Positions 49,008 to 57,540 of a stretch of 64,000 bases of DNA are shown one piece after another. The position numbers were made by a program, and so were the translations under genes. How positions within the stretch are numbered: position 1 is the stretch's first letter; each line of letters starts with the position of its first letter. The notes beneath the pieces are model-generated. The model saw only the letters and a program-made list of their open reading frames with translations. It was not told where the DNA came from and did no database searches. Origin of the DNA: Candidatus Saccharimonadales bacterium (GTDB taxonomy: Bacteria > Patescibacteriota > Saccharimonadia > Saccharimonadales > 2-12-FULL-41-12); assembly GCA_025451045.1 (NCBI GenBank), contig JANWLD010000001.1, positions 407,468-471,467 on the forward strand, in the 5' to 3' direction.

Positions 49008-50228
49008 ATGGATAAAAGCTTAACAGATGAGCTTAAGTGGCGCGGATTTGCATATCAGACCACGCTACAGCCGGGTGATTTGGATAAACAGAAGTTTACT
49101 TTTTACTTTGGTGTTGATCCCAGCGCGGATTCAATGACTATTGGTAATCTAGCGGCGGCGATGATGGTCAGGCATTTTATTGCACATGGCCATAAAGCGT
49201 TTCTCTTGGTTGGCGGTGCGACCGGTGTCATAGGTGACCCTGACGGCAAAAACCGCGAACGGGAACTTTTAAGCCAAGAAGAGCTGGAACGCAACAAAAA
49301 AGCCATAGCCGATCAGTATAAAACGATTTTTGCCGGCCAAGAGTTTGAAGTAGTTGATAATGCGGACTGGTTCAAAGATGTGAATTATATTGATTTTCTG
49401 CGTGATGTCGGCAAGCATGTGCCGATGCGCCAAATGCTAAATCGCGAATTCGTCCAAAGCCGGCTTGGCGAAGACAGCAGTGGCATAAGCTACGCGGAGT
49501 TCAGCTATTCATTGATACAGGGTTATGATTTTTTGCATCTGTTTAAAACCAAAGGGGCCACCCTACAAGTATGCGGTTCCGACCAGTGGGGTAATTCCAT
49601 CGCTGGTGTTGAGCTGATTCGACGGATAGAAAATAAAGAAGCCCACGTTTGGTCTGCTCCTTTGATAATTAATAAAACAACAGGCGAAAAATTCGGTAAA
49701 ACAGAGGATGGTGCCGTCTGGCTTGACGGCCAAAAGACCACGCCCTATAAGTTTTATCAGTTCTGGCTTAATGTCGAGGACGAAAATGTAGAACAATATT
49801 TAAAAATCTATACACTACTTTCTAAACCCGAAATAGAGAAAGTAATCGCTGAGTTCAAGGGTAACCCCGGCCAGCGCAAAGCCCAAAAAACACTAGCGGG
49901 GGAAGTTACGAAGTTAATTCATGGGGATGAAGCATTAAAATCAGTCAAGGAACACACTGAATATCTGTCAGTATCTCCAAGCCCGTCAGCGGCTCCTGGC
50001 ATTGAAGCGCGCTTAGGAGATAATTTAGTAGATCTATTAGCCCAGACAGAGTTAGCTGGCTCAAAATCAGACGCGCGTCGGCTCCTAGAAAGCGGCGGCA
50101 TATATATAAACGATAAACAAGTAAAAAAAGATAAATTAGATGAATCAGACTTTATTGATGGATATTTGAAACTGCGCCGAGGTAAAACGTTGCAAAATAC
50201 AGTATTTGTCGCCTTAAAAAAATCCTAG
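49008..50228 (+). CDS. tyrS: tyrosine--tRNA ligase
   Basis: Class I signature region PSADSMTIGN, KFGKT (KMSKS-type) motif and a C-terminal S4 domain. Confidence 0.9.
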   Translation: MDKSLTDELKWRGFAYQTTLQPGDLDKQKFTFYFGVDPSADSMTIGNLAAAMMVRHFIAHGHKAFLLVGGATGVIGDPDGKNRERELLSQEELERNKKAIADQYKTIFAGQEFEVVDNADWFKDVNYIDFLRDVGKHVPMRQMLNREFVQSRLGEDSSGISYAEFSYSLIQGYDFLHLFKTKGATLQVCGSDQWGNSIAGVELIRRIENKEAHVWSAPLIINKTTGEKFGKTEDGAVWLDGQKTTPYKFYQFWLNVEDENVEQYLKIYTLLSKPEIEKVIAEFKGNPGQRKAQKTLAGEVTKLIHGDEALKSVKEHTEYLSVSPSPSAAPGIEARLGDNLVDLLAQTELAGSKSDARRLLESGGIYINDKQVKKDKLDESDFIDGYLKLRRGKTLQNTVFVALKKS

Positions 50229-52259
50229 ATGGATCAAAAAGTTTCATCATTAAAAGGAGTGGGTGATAATGTCGCAAGCAAACTTCAGATATTGGGAATA
50301 GAGACCAAAGATGATTTGATTTGGAATTTTCCGCGCAAATACGAGGATTATTCCGAAGTTACTCCGATAAACCGGCTTAAGCCCGGCCAAGTAACCGTCA
50401 AGGTTAAGATAAAACAAGCTACGGGCCGCTATGTACGCCGCGGCATGCACATCACCGAGGCCGTTGCCTCTGATGAAACTGACAGCGTACGTCTCATATG
50501 GTTCAACCAACCGTATCGAGCAAAAGCGATAAAAAATAATCAAGAGTATTTCATTTCGGGCAACTACGAATTGTCTCGCGGGCGTTTTTCAATCATGAAC
50601 CCTAGCGCTGAACTAGCCAGTAATTTTCCGGTGAATACAGCCAGAATTATCCCAATCTACAAAGAGACAAAAGGCCTGAAGTCCTTCACTATTCGCAAGC
50701 TTATTGCCGGCTTGCAAGATGATATAAAACAAATTGACGAAGGCCTGCCAAAGTTCATAACCAAAGAGCAAAAGCTTATACCTCGCTTCAAAGCCCTGCT
50801 TAATATACATTTTCCGCCAAGCGCGGAAGCATTGGATGAGGCAAAAAAGCGTCTGGCATTCGAAGAAGTATTTACGCTCGTTTTGACATCGCTTATCAAC
50901 AAACAGGAAAATATACGCGCTAAATCCATCAAAATTCCTTTCAAGGAAAATTTAGCAAAAGAGTTCGTCGGCAAACTTCCATATAAATTAACTGACGCTC
51001 AGCGCAAAGCCGCATGGCAGATTTATAAGGACATCGAAAAGGACATCCCCGCCAACCGTCTAGTCCAGGGTGATGTTGGTTCCGGCAAGACTGTGGTTGC
51101 CGCGATGGCTGCCCTTATGGTCATGGAGGCTGGTTACCAGACAGCTTTTATGGCGCCTACGGAGATATTAGCCCGCCAGCATGCAAAGAGCCTTAGCGAG
51201 ATGCTCAAACCTCTTGGTATGGCAGACAAAGTGGTGCTTCTGCTAGGTTCCATGAAGCCGGCTCAGAAAAAAAACGCCCATGCGTCTATCAAATCCGGCC
51301 AAGCCAGCTTGATTATTGGTACCCATGCGCTTATCAGTGAGAAAGTAGACATGCACAAACTGGGCTTGGTTATCATTGACGAACAACACCGTTTCGGGGT
51401 TGAGCAGCGCAAACAGCTGCTTAAAAAGGCTGGTCATGTGCCTCATCTGGTGTCGATGACCGCCACGCCGATTCCGAGGTCCTTGGCCCTGACGGTTTAC
51501 GGCGAACTGGACGTTTCGGTGATTGACGAGATGCCGCCGGGCAGAAAGCCTGCCATTACCAAAATCGTTTCGCCCAATTCCAAAAAACAACTATACGAGA
51601 AAATCGATAAAGAGATAGCAACCGGACGGCAGATGTTCGTTGTTTGCCCGCTGATTTCCGAATCTGACAAATTTGATTATCTCTCAGCCGAGGAAGTATA
51701 CAAGGAACTGTCGAAAAAAGTTTTTAAACACCGAAAGGTCAGCCTGATACACGGCAAGCTCAAAACCGACCAGAAAGAAAAGATAATGTCTGATTTTGCT
51801 GCCGGCAAGATTGATGTTTTAGTTTCTACCACCGTTATCGAAGTCGGAGTAGACGTGCCAAATGCTACAGTCATGCTCATAGAAGGGGTTGAGCGGTTCG
51901 GTTTAGCCCAGATACACCAGCTACGCGGCCGTATTGGGCGTGGTCAACACCAGGGTTACTGCTACCTGATGACTGGCGATAGCAAAGCCCCTGGTAAACG
52001 CATCAGGGCACTAGAGCAGACCAATGACGGCTTTAAGCTGGCCGAACTGGACTTGGAACTGCGCGGTCCCGGTGCAATTTATGGAATTTCTCAGCACGGC
52101 GAGCTGGATCTTCGACTGGCTAATATCAGCGATACAAAGTTGATTGCTTCTGCCCGTACTTCTGCTCAGGAATTTCTGGACAAAGGTGAAAAACTTTCGA
52201 ATTACTCTTGGCTTGAAAAAGAAGTAGCAAAAAACCGCCTCATAACCACCCTTAACTAG
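50229..52259 (+). CDS. recG: ATP-dependent DNA helicase RecG
   Basis: Wedge domain plus helicase motifs GDVGSGKT and DEQHRFG. Confidence 0.95.
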   Translation: MDQKVSSLKGVGDNVASKLQILGIETKDDLIWNFPRKYEDYSEVTPINRLKPGQVTVKVKIKQATGRYVRRGMHITEAVASDETDSVRLIWFNQPYRAKAIKNNQEYFISGNYELSRGRFSIMNPSAELASNFPVNTARIIPIYKETKGLKSFTIRKLIAGLQDDIKQIDEGLPKFITKEQKLIPRFKALLNIHFPPSAEALDEAKKRLAFEEVFTLVLTSLINKQENIRAKSIKIPFKENLAKEFVGKLPYKLTDAQRKAAWQIYKDIEKDIPANRLVQGDVGSGKTVVAAMAALMVMEAGYQTAFMAPTEILARQHAKSLSEMLKPLGMADKVVLLLGSMKPAQKKNAHASIKSGQASLIIGTHALISEKVDMHKLGLVIIDEQHRFGVEQRKQLLKKAGHVPHLVSMTATPIPRSLALTVYGELDVSVIDEMPPGRKPAITKIVSPNSKKQLYEKIDKEIATGRQMFVVCPLISESDKFDYLSAEEVYKELSKKVFKHRKVSLIHGKLKTDQKEKIMSDFAAGKIDVLVSTTVIEVGVDVPNATVMLIEGVERFGLAQIHQLRGRIGRGQHQGYCYLMTGDSKAPGKRIRALEQTNDGFKLAELDLELRGPGAIYGISQHGELDLRLANISDTKLIASARTSAQEFLDKGEKLSNYSWLEKEVAKNRLITTLN

Positions 52260-52339
52260 CTCTAATGTCAATTTTCCGTCAAAATTTTGACGGCCGTTGG
52301 AAAATTGGCGGGGATTTTTTGCTGATATAATTTGGGATT

Positions 52340-52873
52340 ATGAGAATAATTGCAGGAAGTTTGGGTGGCAGGCAGTTTGACGCGCCGAAAGGGCATCGGA
52401 CGCATCCGATGAGCGAAAAAGCCCGCGGCGGGCTATTTTCCGCTTTGGGTGATGTTGAAGGATTGACGCTGTTGGACGCGTTTGCTGGCAGCGGGGCGCT
52501 TTCTTTTGAAGCTGTCAGCCAGGGCGTGAAACATGCGACCGCCATAGATATTGACATAAGTGCTATTACCACCGTTGTCAATAGTGCTGTAAAACTTGGA
52601 ATTAAGCCTCAAGTTAAGGCTATCCGAGCCAATGTTTCCGGCTGGAGCGACAATAACCCGGATGTGAAATTCGATATCATAATCTGCGATCCGCCATTTG
52701 ACCAGTTTAAGGTACAGCTTATCCAAAAATTAGTTAAACATCTGGTCAAAAACGGTGTTTTTGTCGTTAATATGCCGAGTTCCTCAGGCGAATCAGAGAT
52801 ACAAGGCTTAAAAATGGTTAAAACCAAAGTTTACGGAGACACAACTTTGGTTTTTTACAAAAGACTATCTTAG
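52340..52873 (+). CDS. rsmD: 16S rRNA (guanine966-N2)-methyltransferase
   Basis: MRIIAGSLGGR, DAFAGSGA and CDPPF motifs. Confidence 0.85.
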   Translation: MRIIAGSLGGRQFDAPKGHRTHPMSEKARGGLFSALGDVEGLTLLDAFAGSGALSFEAVSQGVKHATAIDIDISAITTVVNSAVKLGIKPQVKAIRANVSGWSDNNPDVKFDIIICDPPFDQFKVQLIQKLVKHLVKNGVFVVNMPSSSGESEIQGLKMVKTKVYGDTTLVFYKRLS

Positions 52874-53836
52874 TTTTTGGAAGCGGCGTATCAGTGGCAA
52901 TGACGTTCGGTAAGCCTTGAACCGGGCTTGATTGACGGGCAACTGCCAGGTGCCGCCAAGGGCTATTTCACCTCCGCCAAATTTGCGCTTAAAAGTGCTA
53001 AAACCGCTCCATGGGTGTGACGGCGATGCATCGGGCGGAGCCACGCCGAACAGGTCAAACCATCTCACCTTCCTATCTTTTGCATGTTGCATAGCCTGCC
53101 AGAGCAGGACGGTGCCGGCTTCTAGCTTGCGTGCTTCGGGATACGAACCGGCGTATGCATAATGGGCCACTTTATCATTTTGCAAAATTACTGCACCTGC
53201 TATCGGTTTATTCTCAAAATAAGCCAGTTCAAGCACTGCCGACTTTTGGGGCATCAGCACTTTGGCCTGGGCTTCAAAATATTTCCTGTCGTGAAGATTG
53301 ATTTTTTTTCGGTTTGCTACTTTATCAATCATGTCGGTAAACAGCTTGATATCATCCGGATTAGTACTGCTTTTAAAGCTCAGCCCGCGCCGCGCAGCTC
53401 TATTTATAAGATTGCGAAAAGTCGGCGATAAGGCGCTCCAGCGTTTGGTATCGTCAATTTTCAGGTCATTTACCACGGTATGCGAAGGGTTATAGGATTT
53501 CTCAGCCTGTTTTAATCCTAGCTTTTTTGAGTCGAATTTGAGGTTTCGGCCGAAAGGCTCAACCGTCACCCATGCCAGTCCTGCCTTTTTGGCTTCATCG
53601 GCGATTGTTTTAAGCGCCTTTGGCAAAGCTTTTTTATCGGTCAGAAATGGTCCGTAAGGCGCTAGCCAATAATCTCCCAATTTGGTCTGCTGGCGTATTA
53701 GCAGACAGTGCCAGCCGCTACCCTCTAGCCAAGTAACTTCTTTGCCGAGAGTTTTTTGAAACTCAGCCCATGCTTTGGTTTGGGTAATTGGATAATTATC
53801 CAAAAAGGGGTGGTTACTGGAGTTAAGCATTTCCAT
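52865..53836 (-). CDS. FemAB-family peptidoglycan interpeptide-bridge aminoacyltransferase
   Basis: Its length and sequence pattern (FLQ..WA.F, GAPRF-like C-terminal half) fit the FemAB/FemX family. Confidence 0.7.
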   Translation of the reverse strand: MEMLNSSNHPFLDNYPITQTKAWAEFQKTLGKEVTWLEGSGWHCLLIRQQTKLGDYWLAPYGPFLTDKKALPKALKTIADEAKKAGLAWVTVEPFGRNLKFDSKKLGLKQAEKSYNPSHTVVNDLKIDDTKRWSALSPTFRNLINRAARRGLSFKSSTNPDDIKLFTDMIDKVANRKKINLHDRKYFEAQAKVLMPQKSAVLELAYFENKPIAGAVILQNDKVAHYAYAGSYPEARKLEAGTVLLWQAMQHAKDRKVRWFDLFGVAPPDASPSHPWSGFSTFKRKFGGGEIALGGTWQLPVNQARFKAYRTSLPLIRRFQKLR

Positions 53837-53877
53837 AATTGTAGCAAATACGCTAGAATAGCCTAACCAAACTCTAT

Positions 53878-54135
53878 GGGGATGTGGTGGAATTGGTAGA
53901 CATTTACCTGGTAGTAAAGTTCTGGAGGCGCGGTGGTGGAATTGGTAGACACGCTAGTTTTAGGAACTAGTGCCGCAAGGTGTGAGAGTTCGAGTCTCTC
54001 CCGCGCCACCAAAACTTTTACTACTGGGCGCTAGTCCCAGCACTAAAGCAAAGCTTAGTGCTGGACTTTGCTTAGGAACTAGCGTGAAGGTTAGCTTGGT
54101 GCGATAGCCCAAGCGCTGTCCTTTCATCCCCACCA
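53878..54135 (+). pseudogene. disrupted tRNA-Leu-like gene enclosing the intact tRNA-Leu
   Basis: Acceptor 5' strand plus D-arm lie at 53878-53903. CGCTAGT (54029-54035) and TTAGGAACTAG (54072-54082) are anticodon-arm pieces. CATCCCC+ACCA (54125-54135) is complementary to GGGGATG at the 5' end. No T-arm is present. Confidence 0.45.
53927..54011 (+). tRNA. tRNA-Leu (anticodon UAG), type II, CCA encoded
   Basis: Manual cloverleaf: acceptor GGCGCGG/CCGCGCC, D-arm GTG-GAATTGGTAGA-CAC, anticodon arm CTAGT-TTTAGGA-ACTAG, 13-nt variable arm, T-arm GAGAG-TTCGAGT-CTCTC, then ACCA. Confidence 0.9.
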
Positions 54136-54137
54136 AA

Positions 54138-54167
54138 TTGACATAAGCGGATTAAGTGTGTTATAAT
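54138..54167 (+). promoter_or_regulatory. near-consensus promoter of the hisS/his operon leader
   Basis: TTGACA (54138-54143), an 18-nt spacer ending in TGT, then TATAAT (54162-54167). The predicted TSS coincides with the A of ATG 54174. Confidence 0.65.
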
Positions 54168-54173
54168 AAAATC

Positions 54174-54236
54174 ATGGTTATAAAGCTAACTAATCAGCAT
54201 CATATACATCTATCGCCGGAGCTGTCGGTTAGTTAA
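54174..54236 (+). CDS. candidate his leader peptide MVIKLTNQHHIHLSPELSVS (20 aa, leaderless)
   Basis: ATG lies 7 nt after the -10 box. Three His codons fall within four positions (54198-54209). TAA stop at 54234-54236, followed by a terminator. Confidence 0.55.
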   Translation: MVIKLTNQHHIHLSPELSVS

Positions 54237-54259
54237 CTTTTGTCTTAATAAAAACACAT

Positions 54260-54286
54260 AACGCCGGACACGCTCCGGCGTTTTTT
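54260..54286 (+). terminator. intrinsic terminator (attenuator) in the hisS leader
   Basis: AACGCCGGA-CACGC-TCCGGCGTT followed by TTTTTT. The upstream CGCCGGAGC (54214-54222) can alternatively pair with the 3' arm GCTCCGGCG (54272-54280). Confidence 0.75.
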
Positions 54287-54331
54287 ATAGATTTAATAAA
54301 TATTAGAATATACTTTAACGAAAGGAAAGTT

Positions 54332-55624
54332 ATGAAAAAGGGAGTTGAACCCGCAATTTTGAAAGGAACCAGGGATTTTCTGCCCGCTGATATGGCGCAG
54401 AGGAATGAGGTTTTGGCCAAAATAAAAAACACTTTTGAAAAATTTGGTTACCAACAGATAGAAACACCTATCTTAAGCTATGCCGAAACGATATTAGGCA
54501 AAGAAAAAGAGAACAGTCAGAAGATGGCTTATTCGTTCAAAGATTATGGCGAGCGCGATATTGCCTTGCCGTTTGACTTGACCATGCCTTTTTCCCGGTT
54601 TGTTGCGGCTAACTGGCGGGATCTGCCGATACCGTTCAAGCGCTTCCAAATCCAGCGGGTATGGCGCGCCGAACGGCCGCAACGCGGGCGTCTGCGTGAA
54701 TTTTACCAATGCGACGTAGATATCATCGGTTCAAACGAGCTGGTCTGCGAGGCTGAAATTGCCAAATTGATTACTCAGGTTTTCGATGAGCTAAAAATCA
54801 AAGATATAAAAATACGCGTAAATTCGCGGAAACTACTAAATGAAATATTGACTGGGTTCGGTGTCGAAAAAGATAACCTGATACCAGCTATACGGCTGAT
54901 AGATAAACTGGACAAAATCGACAACACGGCGGTAGTAGAAGGGCTAAAGAAGCTAGGTATAAAAAACGCCGCCGAGATTATCGGGGTACTCAAAACGGAT
55001 AAAGACAACCAAGCCACCCTGAAACAGCTTGAAGCATACGATACGACGGACTTGCAGGAATTTTTGCGTTTGAGCCGTGAATTCGGAGTTGATGAAACGC
55101 GATTGGTACTTGATCCCGGCCTGGCACGAGGGCTGGATTATTACACCGGAATAATCTTTGAAGTTGTTTCAAGCGATGAAAGCCTTGGTACTATCTGCGC
55201 CGGCGGCCGTTATGATGATTTGTCGGCGATGTTCTCAAGCAAGGAATTCTCCGGTATCGGCGTATCCTTTGGCTTCGAGCGAATCATGCTGTTTATGCAG
55301 GAAAACGGGCTTATTGCCGACGGCAAGCCAAGTTCCAGAGTATTGATAACGGTTTTTGACGAAGGTTCGCTGGATGGGTCGATAAAAATCTACAAATCAC
55401 TGCTCAAAGCCAGTGTTCCGGCGGAGATTTATCTGGATGAAACCAACCTCTCCAAACAGTTTAAATATGCTGATAAAAAGAATATACCGTTTGTCGTAGT
55501 GCAAGGCCCGGATGAGCTTCGCGACAACGAGGTGATTGTACGAAGAATGAGTAATGGCAACCAAAAGAAAATTCCTGCCAGCCAGCTTGCTTCCTACATA
55601 GCAGGTTATTATGAAGCGAACTAA
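54332..55624 (+). CDS. hisS: histidine--tRNA ligase
   Basis: Class II motif 2 (RVWRAERPQRGRLREFYQCDVDIIG), GGRYDDL, motif 3 (GVSFGFERI) and a complete C-terminal anticodon-binding domain. Confidence 0.85.
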   Translation: MKKGVEPAILKGTRDFLPADMAQRNEVLAKIKNTFEKFGYQQIETPILSYAETILGKEKENSQKMAYSFKDYGERDIALPFDLTMPFSRFVAANWRDLPIPFKRFQIQRVWRAERPQRGRLREFYQCDVDIIGSNELVCEAEIAKLITQVFDELKIKDIKIRVNSRKLLNEILTGFGVEKDNLIPAIRLIDKLDKIDNTAVVEGLKKLGIKNAAEIIGVLKTDKDNQATLKQLEAYDTTDLQEFLRLSREFGVDETRLVLDPGLARGLDYYTGIIFEVVSSDESLGTICAGGRYDDLSAMFSSKEFSGIGVSFGFERIMLFMQENGLIADGKPSSRVLITVFDEGSLDGSIKIYKSLLKASVPAEIYLDETNLSKQFKYADKKNIPFVVVQGPDELRDNEVIVRRMSNGNQKKIPASQLASYIAGYYEAN

Positions 55625-56237
55625 TATCCGAATAGCCATCCAAAAATCCGGCCGGTTGAGAGCAAAGAGCGAGAAGCTGTTAAATGAATGGGGCATTGAC
55701 TGTGAAGCCGATAATAAAGGCCGGTTGGTCATTCCCTGCAACGGAGGCGAATTTGAGATTTTGTTTGTACGTTATGGCGATATTCCGGAGTATGTAGCCA
55801 GCGGGGTGGCTGATTTCGGTATCGTCGGCCAGAATATCTTGTATGAAGACCGGTTTAATGTTGGCGTGGTCAAGCAGTTGGGCTTTGGCGAATGCCGTTT
55901 GATTGTTGCCGCTCCAAAGCGTTCATCGATAAAAACGGTGGCGGATTTGGAAGGCGAACGCATAGCGACATCTTACCCGAACAGCTTGCGAAAATTCCTG
56001 AAAAAAGAGCGTTTGGGCGCGACTATCATCAAAATCCGCGGCGGAGTGGAAGCCGCTCCGGCCATAGGCTTGGCTGACGCCGTGTGCGACCTTACCCAGA
56101 CGGGTAAGACTTTGGACGCCAACGGACTGAAAATAATCGCTACAGTGCTGGAATCCCAGGCTGTATTGATTGAATCCAAATTCTTATCGGCCAAAGCCGA
56201 AAAGTTCAAAGAAAAAGTGTTACAGGCCGCATCATGA
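55611..56237 (+). CDS. hisG: ATP phosphoribosyltransferase, short form
   Basis: 208-aa HisG catalytic core without the C-terminal regulatory domain. The ATG overlaps the hisS 3' end by 14 nt. Confidence 0.9.
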   Translation: MKRTNIRIAIQKSGRLRAKSEKLLNEWGIDCEADNKGRLVIPCNGGEFEILFVRYGDIPEYVASGVADFGIVGQNILYEDRFNVGVVKQLGFGECRLIVAAPKRSSIKTVADLEGERIATSYPNSLRKFLKKERLGATIIKIRGGVEAAPAIGLADAVCDLTQTGKTLDANGLKIIATVLESQAVLIESKFLSAKAEKFKEKVLQAAS

Positions 56238-56833
56238 TAGCCGTTGTTGATTATGACGCCGGTAATATCGGCTCGGTTGCCAATGCCTTAAAGCGTTTGG
56301 GGGCTAAGTTTGAAGTTACTTCCGATACCGACACAATACGCAAAGCCGACGGAGTAATCTTCCCCGGCCAAGGCAGAGCTGGGCCGGCTTTGAAGTCGCT
56401 TCAAAAATCCGGCCTGGACAAGCTGTTGCCAAGTTTAAAACAACCGTTTCTTGGAATTTGCCTAGGGATGCAGTTAATGGTTGAAAAACTGGAAGAAGAT
56501 AATCAAACCGGGCTGGGAATCGTTCCGGGCAAGTGCGAACTTTTTAAAGATATCAGTCCGGTGCCGCACATGGGCTGGAACAAAGTTAATATTGTGCAGG
56601 ACTCCAAGCTCCTTGCTGGCCTTAAAAGCGGTTCTTACCAGTATTTTGTGCACAGTTACGCTGTTAAAACCGATAAGGAGTTCACTGTTGCGGTTACCGA
56701 TTATGGCGGAGAATTTGCCAGCGCGGTTAACAGAGATAACTTTTATGGCGTCCAATTTCACCCTGAGAAGTCAGCAGAAGCCGGCGAGCAGATACTTAAT
56801 AATTTTTTAATAATCTGTGGAGAGAAAAGGTGA
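56234..56833 (+). CDS. hisH: imidazole glycerol phosphate synthase, glutaminase subunit
   Basis: Class I GATase with GICLGMQL and HSY..., then FHPEKS. Confidence 0.9.
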   Translation: MIAVVDYDAGNIGSVANALKRLGAKFEVTSDTDTIRKADGVIFPGQGRAGPALKSLQKSGLDKLLPSLKQPFLGICLGMQLMVEKLEEDNQTGLGIVPGKCELFKDISPVPHMGWNKVNIVQDSKLLAGLKSGSYQYFVHSYAVKTDKEFTVAVTDYGGEFASAVNRDNFYGVQFHPEKSAEAGEQILNNFLIICGEKR

Positions 56834-57540
56834 TCGTTTATCCCGCTATTGATTTGATAAATCGTAAAGCTGTGCGTTTGGAGCAAGGCAATTACGACAA
56901 AAAGACAGAATACTCTGATAACCCTATTGAGATAGCCCAAAAATTTGAGTCTGAAGGCGCTGAGTATATCCACATTGTTGACTTGGACGGCGCCAAAACC
57001 AAACGGCCCGTTAATATGGACGTGATTAAAGACATTGCAAAATCCATTAACATTCCTGTTCAGGTTGGCGGCGGTATCCGTACGCTACGCTCGGTCGAAG
57101 AGTTGCTTGAATATGCCAAAAGAGTGATTATCGGTACGATTGCGGTGACCGAACCGGAGGTGTTAGAACAGATGGTTAAAAAAATCGGCTCCGACAAGAT
57201 AGTCGTATCTGTTGACTACAAGAATGGATCGCCAGCTATAAACGGCTGGTTGGAAGAAGTTAAGTTAACCACAGAGGCCTTGCAGGTCCGTCTGAGCGGT
57301 TTAGGTATCCGAACAGTCATAGTTACCGATACGGATAAAGACGGCATCTTAAGCGGTCCTAACATTAAACTGATGAAACAGTGGAAACAAGCCGGGTTTG
57401 ATACGATCTGCGCCGGAGGGGTAACAACTGTCAATGATATAGCAGAACTTGCTGCAGCCAATATCGATGGTGCGATAATTGGCAAGGCGCTTTATGAAGA
57501 TAGGATAACTTTAAAGGAAGCTATAGATGCTGGCGAATAG
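56830..57540 (+). CDS. hisA: ProFAR isomerase
   Basis: YPAIDL...VRL.QG, HIVDLDGA and GGGIR motifs. GTG start overlaps the hisH stop. Confidence 0.9.
   Translation: MIVYPAIDLINRKAVRLEQGNYDKKTEYSDNPIEIAQKFESEGAEYIHIVDLDGAKTKRPVNMDVIKDIAKSINIPVQVGGGIRTLRSVEELLEYAKRVIIGTIAVTEPEVLEQMVKKIGSDKIVVSVDYKNGSPAINGWLEEVKLTTEALQVRLSGLGIRTVIVTDTDKDGILSGPNIKLMKQWKQAGFDTICAGGVTTVNDIAELAAANIDGAIIGKALYEDRITLKEAIDAGE

Noticed and set aside
53878-54135. Outer tRNA-like scaffold read as a functional intron-containing or permuted tRNA gene
   Set aside because: After removing both inserts there is still no T-arm (no GTTCRANNC-type stem-loop before CATCCCC), and the D-stem closes with a G.T pair. A decayed gene is more parsimonious, but RNA data could overturn this.
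54174-54331. T-box riboswitch upstream of hisS
   Set aside because: The leader is only about 110 nt to the terminator. It has no Stem I/specifier-loop architecture and no T-box consensus (AGGGUGGNACCGCG-like) sequence. A His-codon leader ORF explains the features better.
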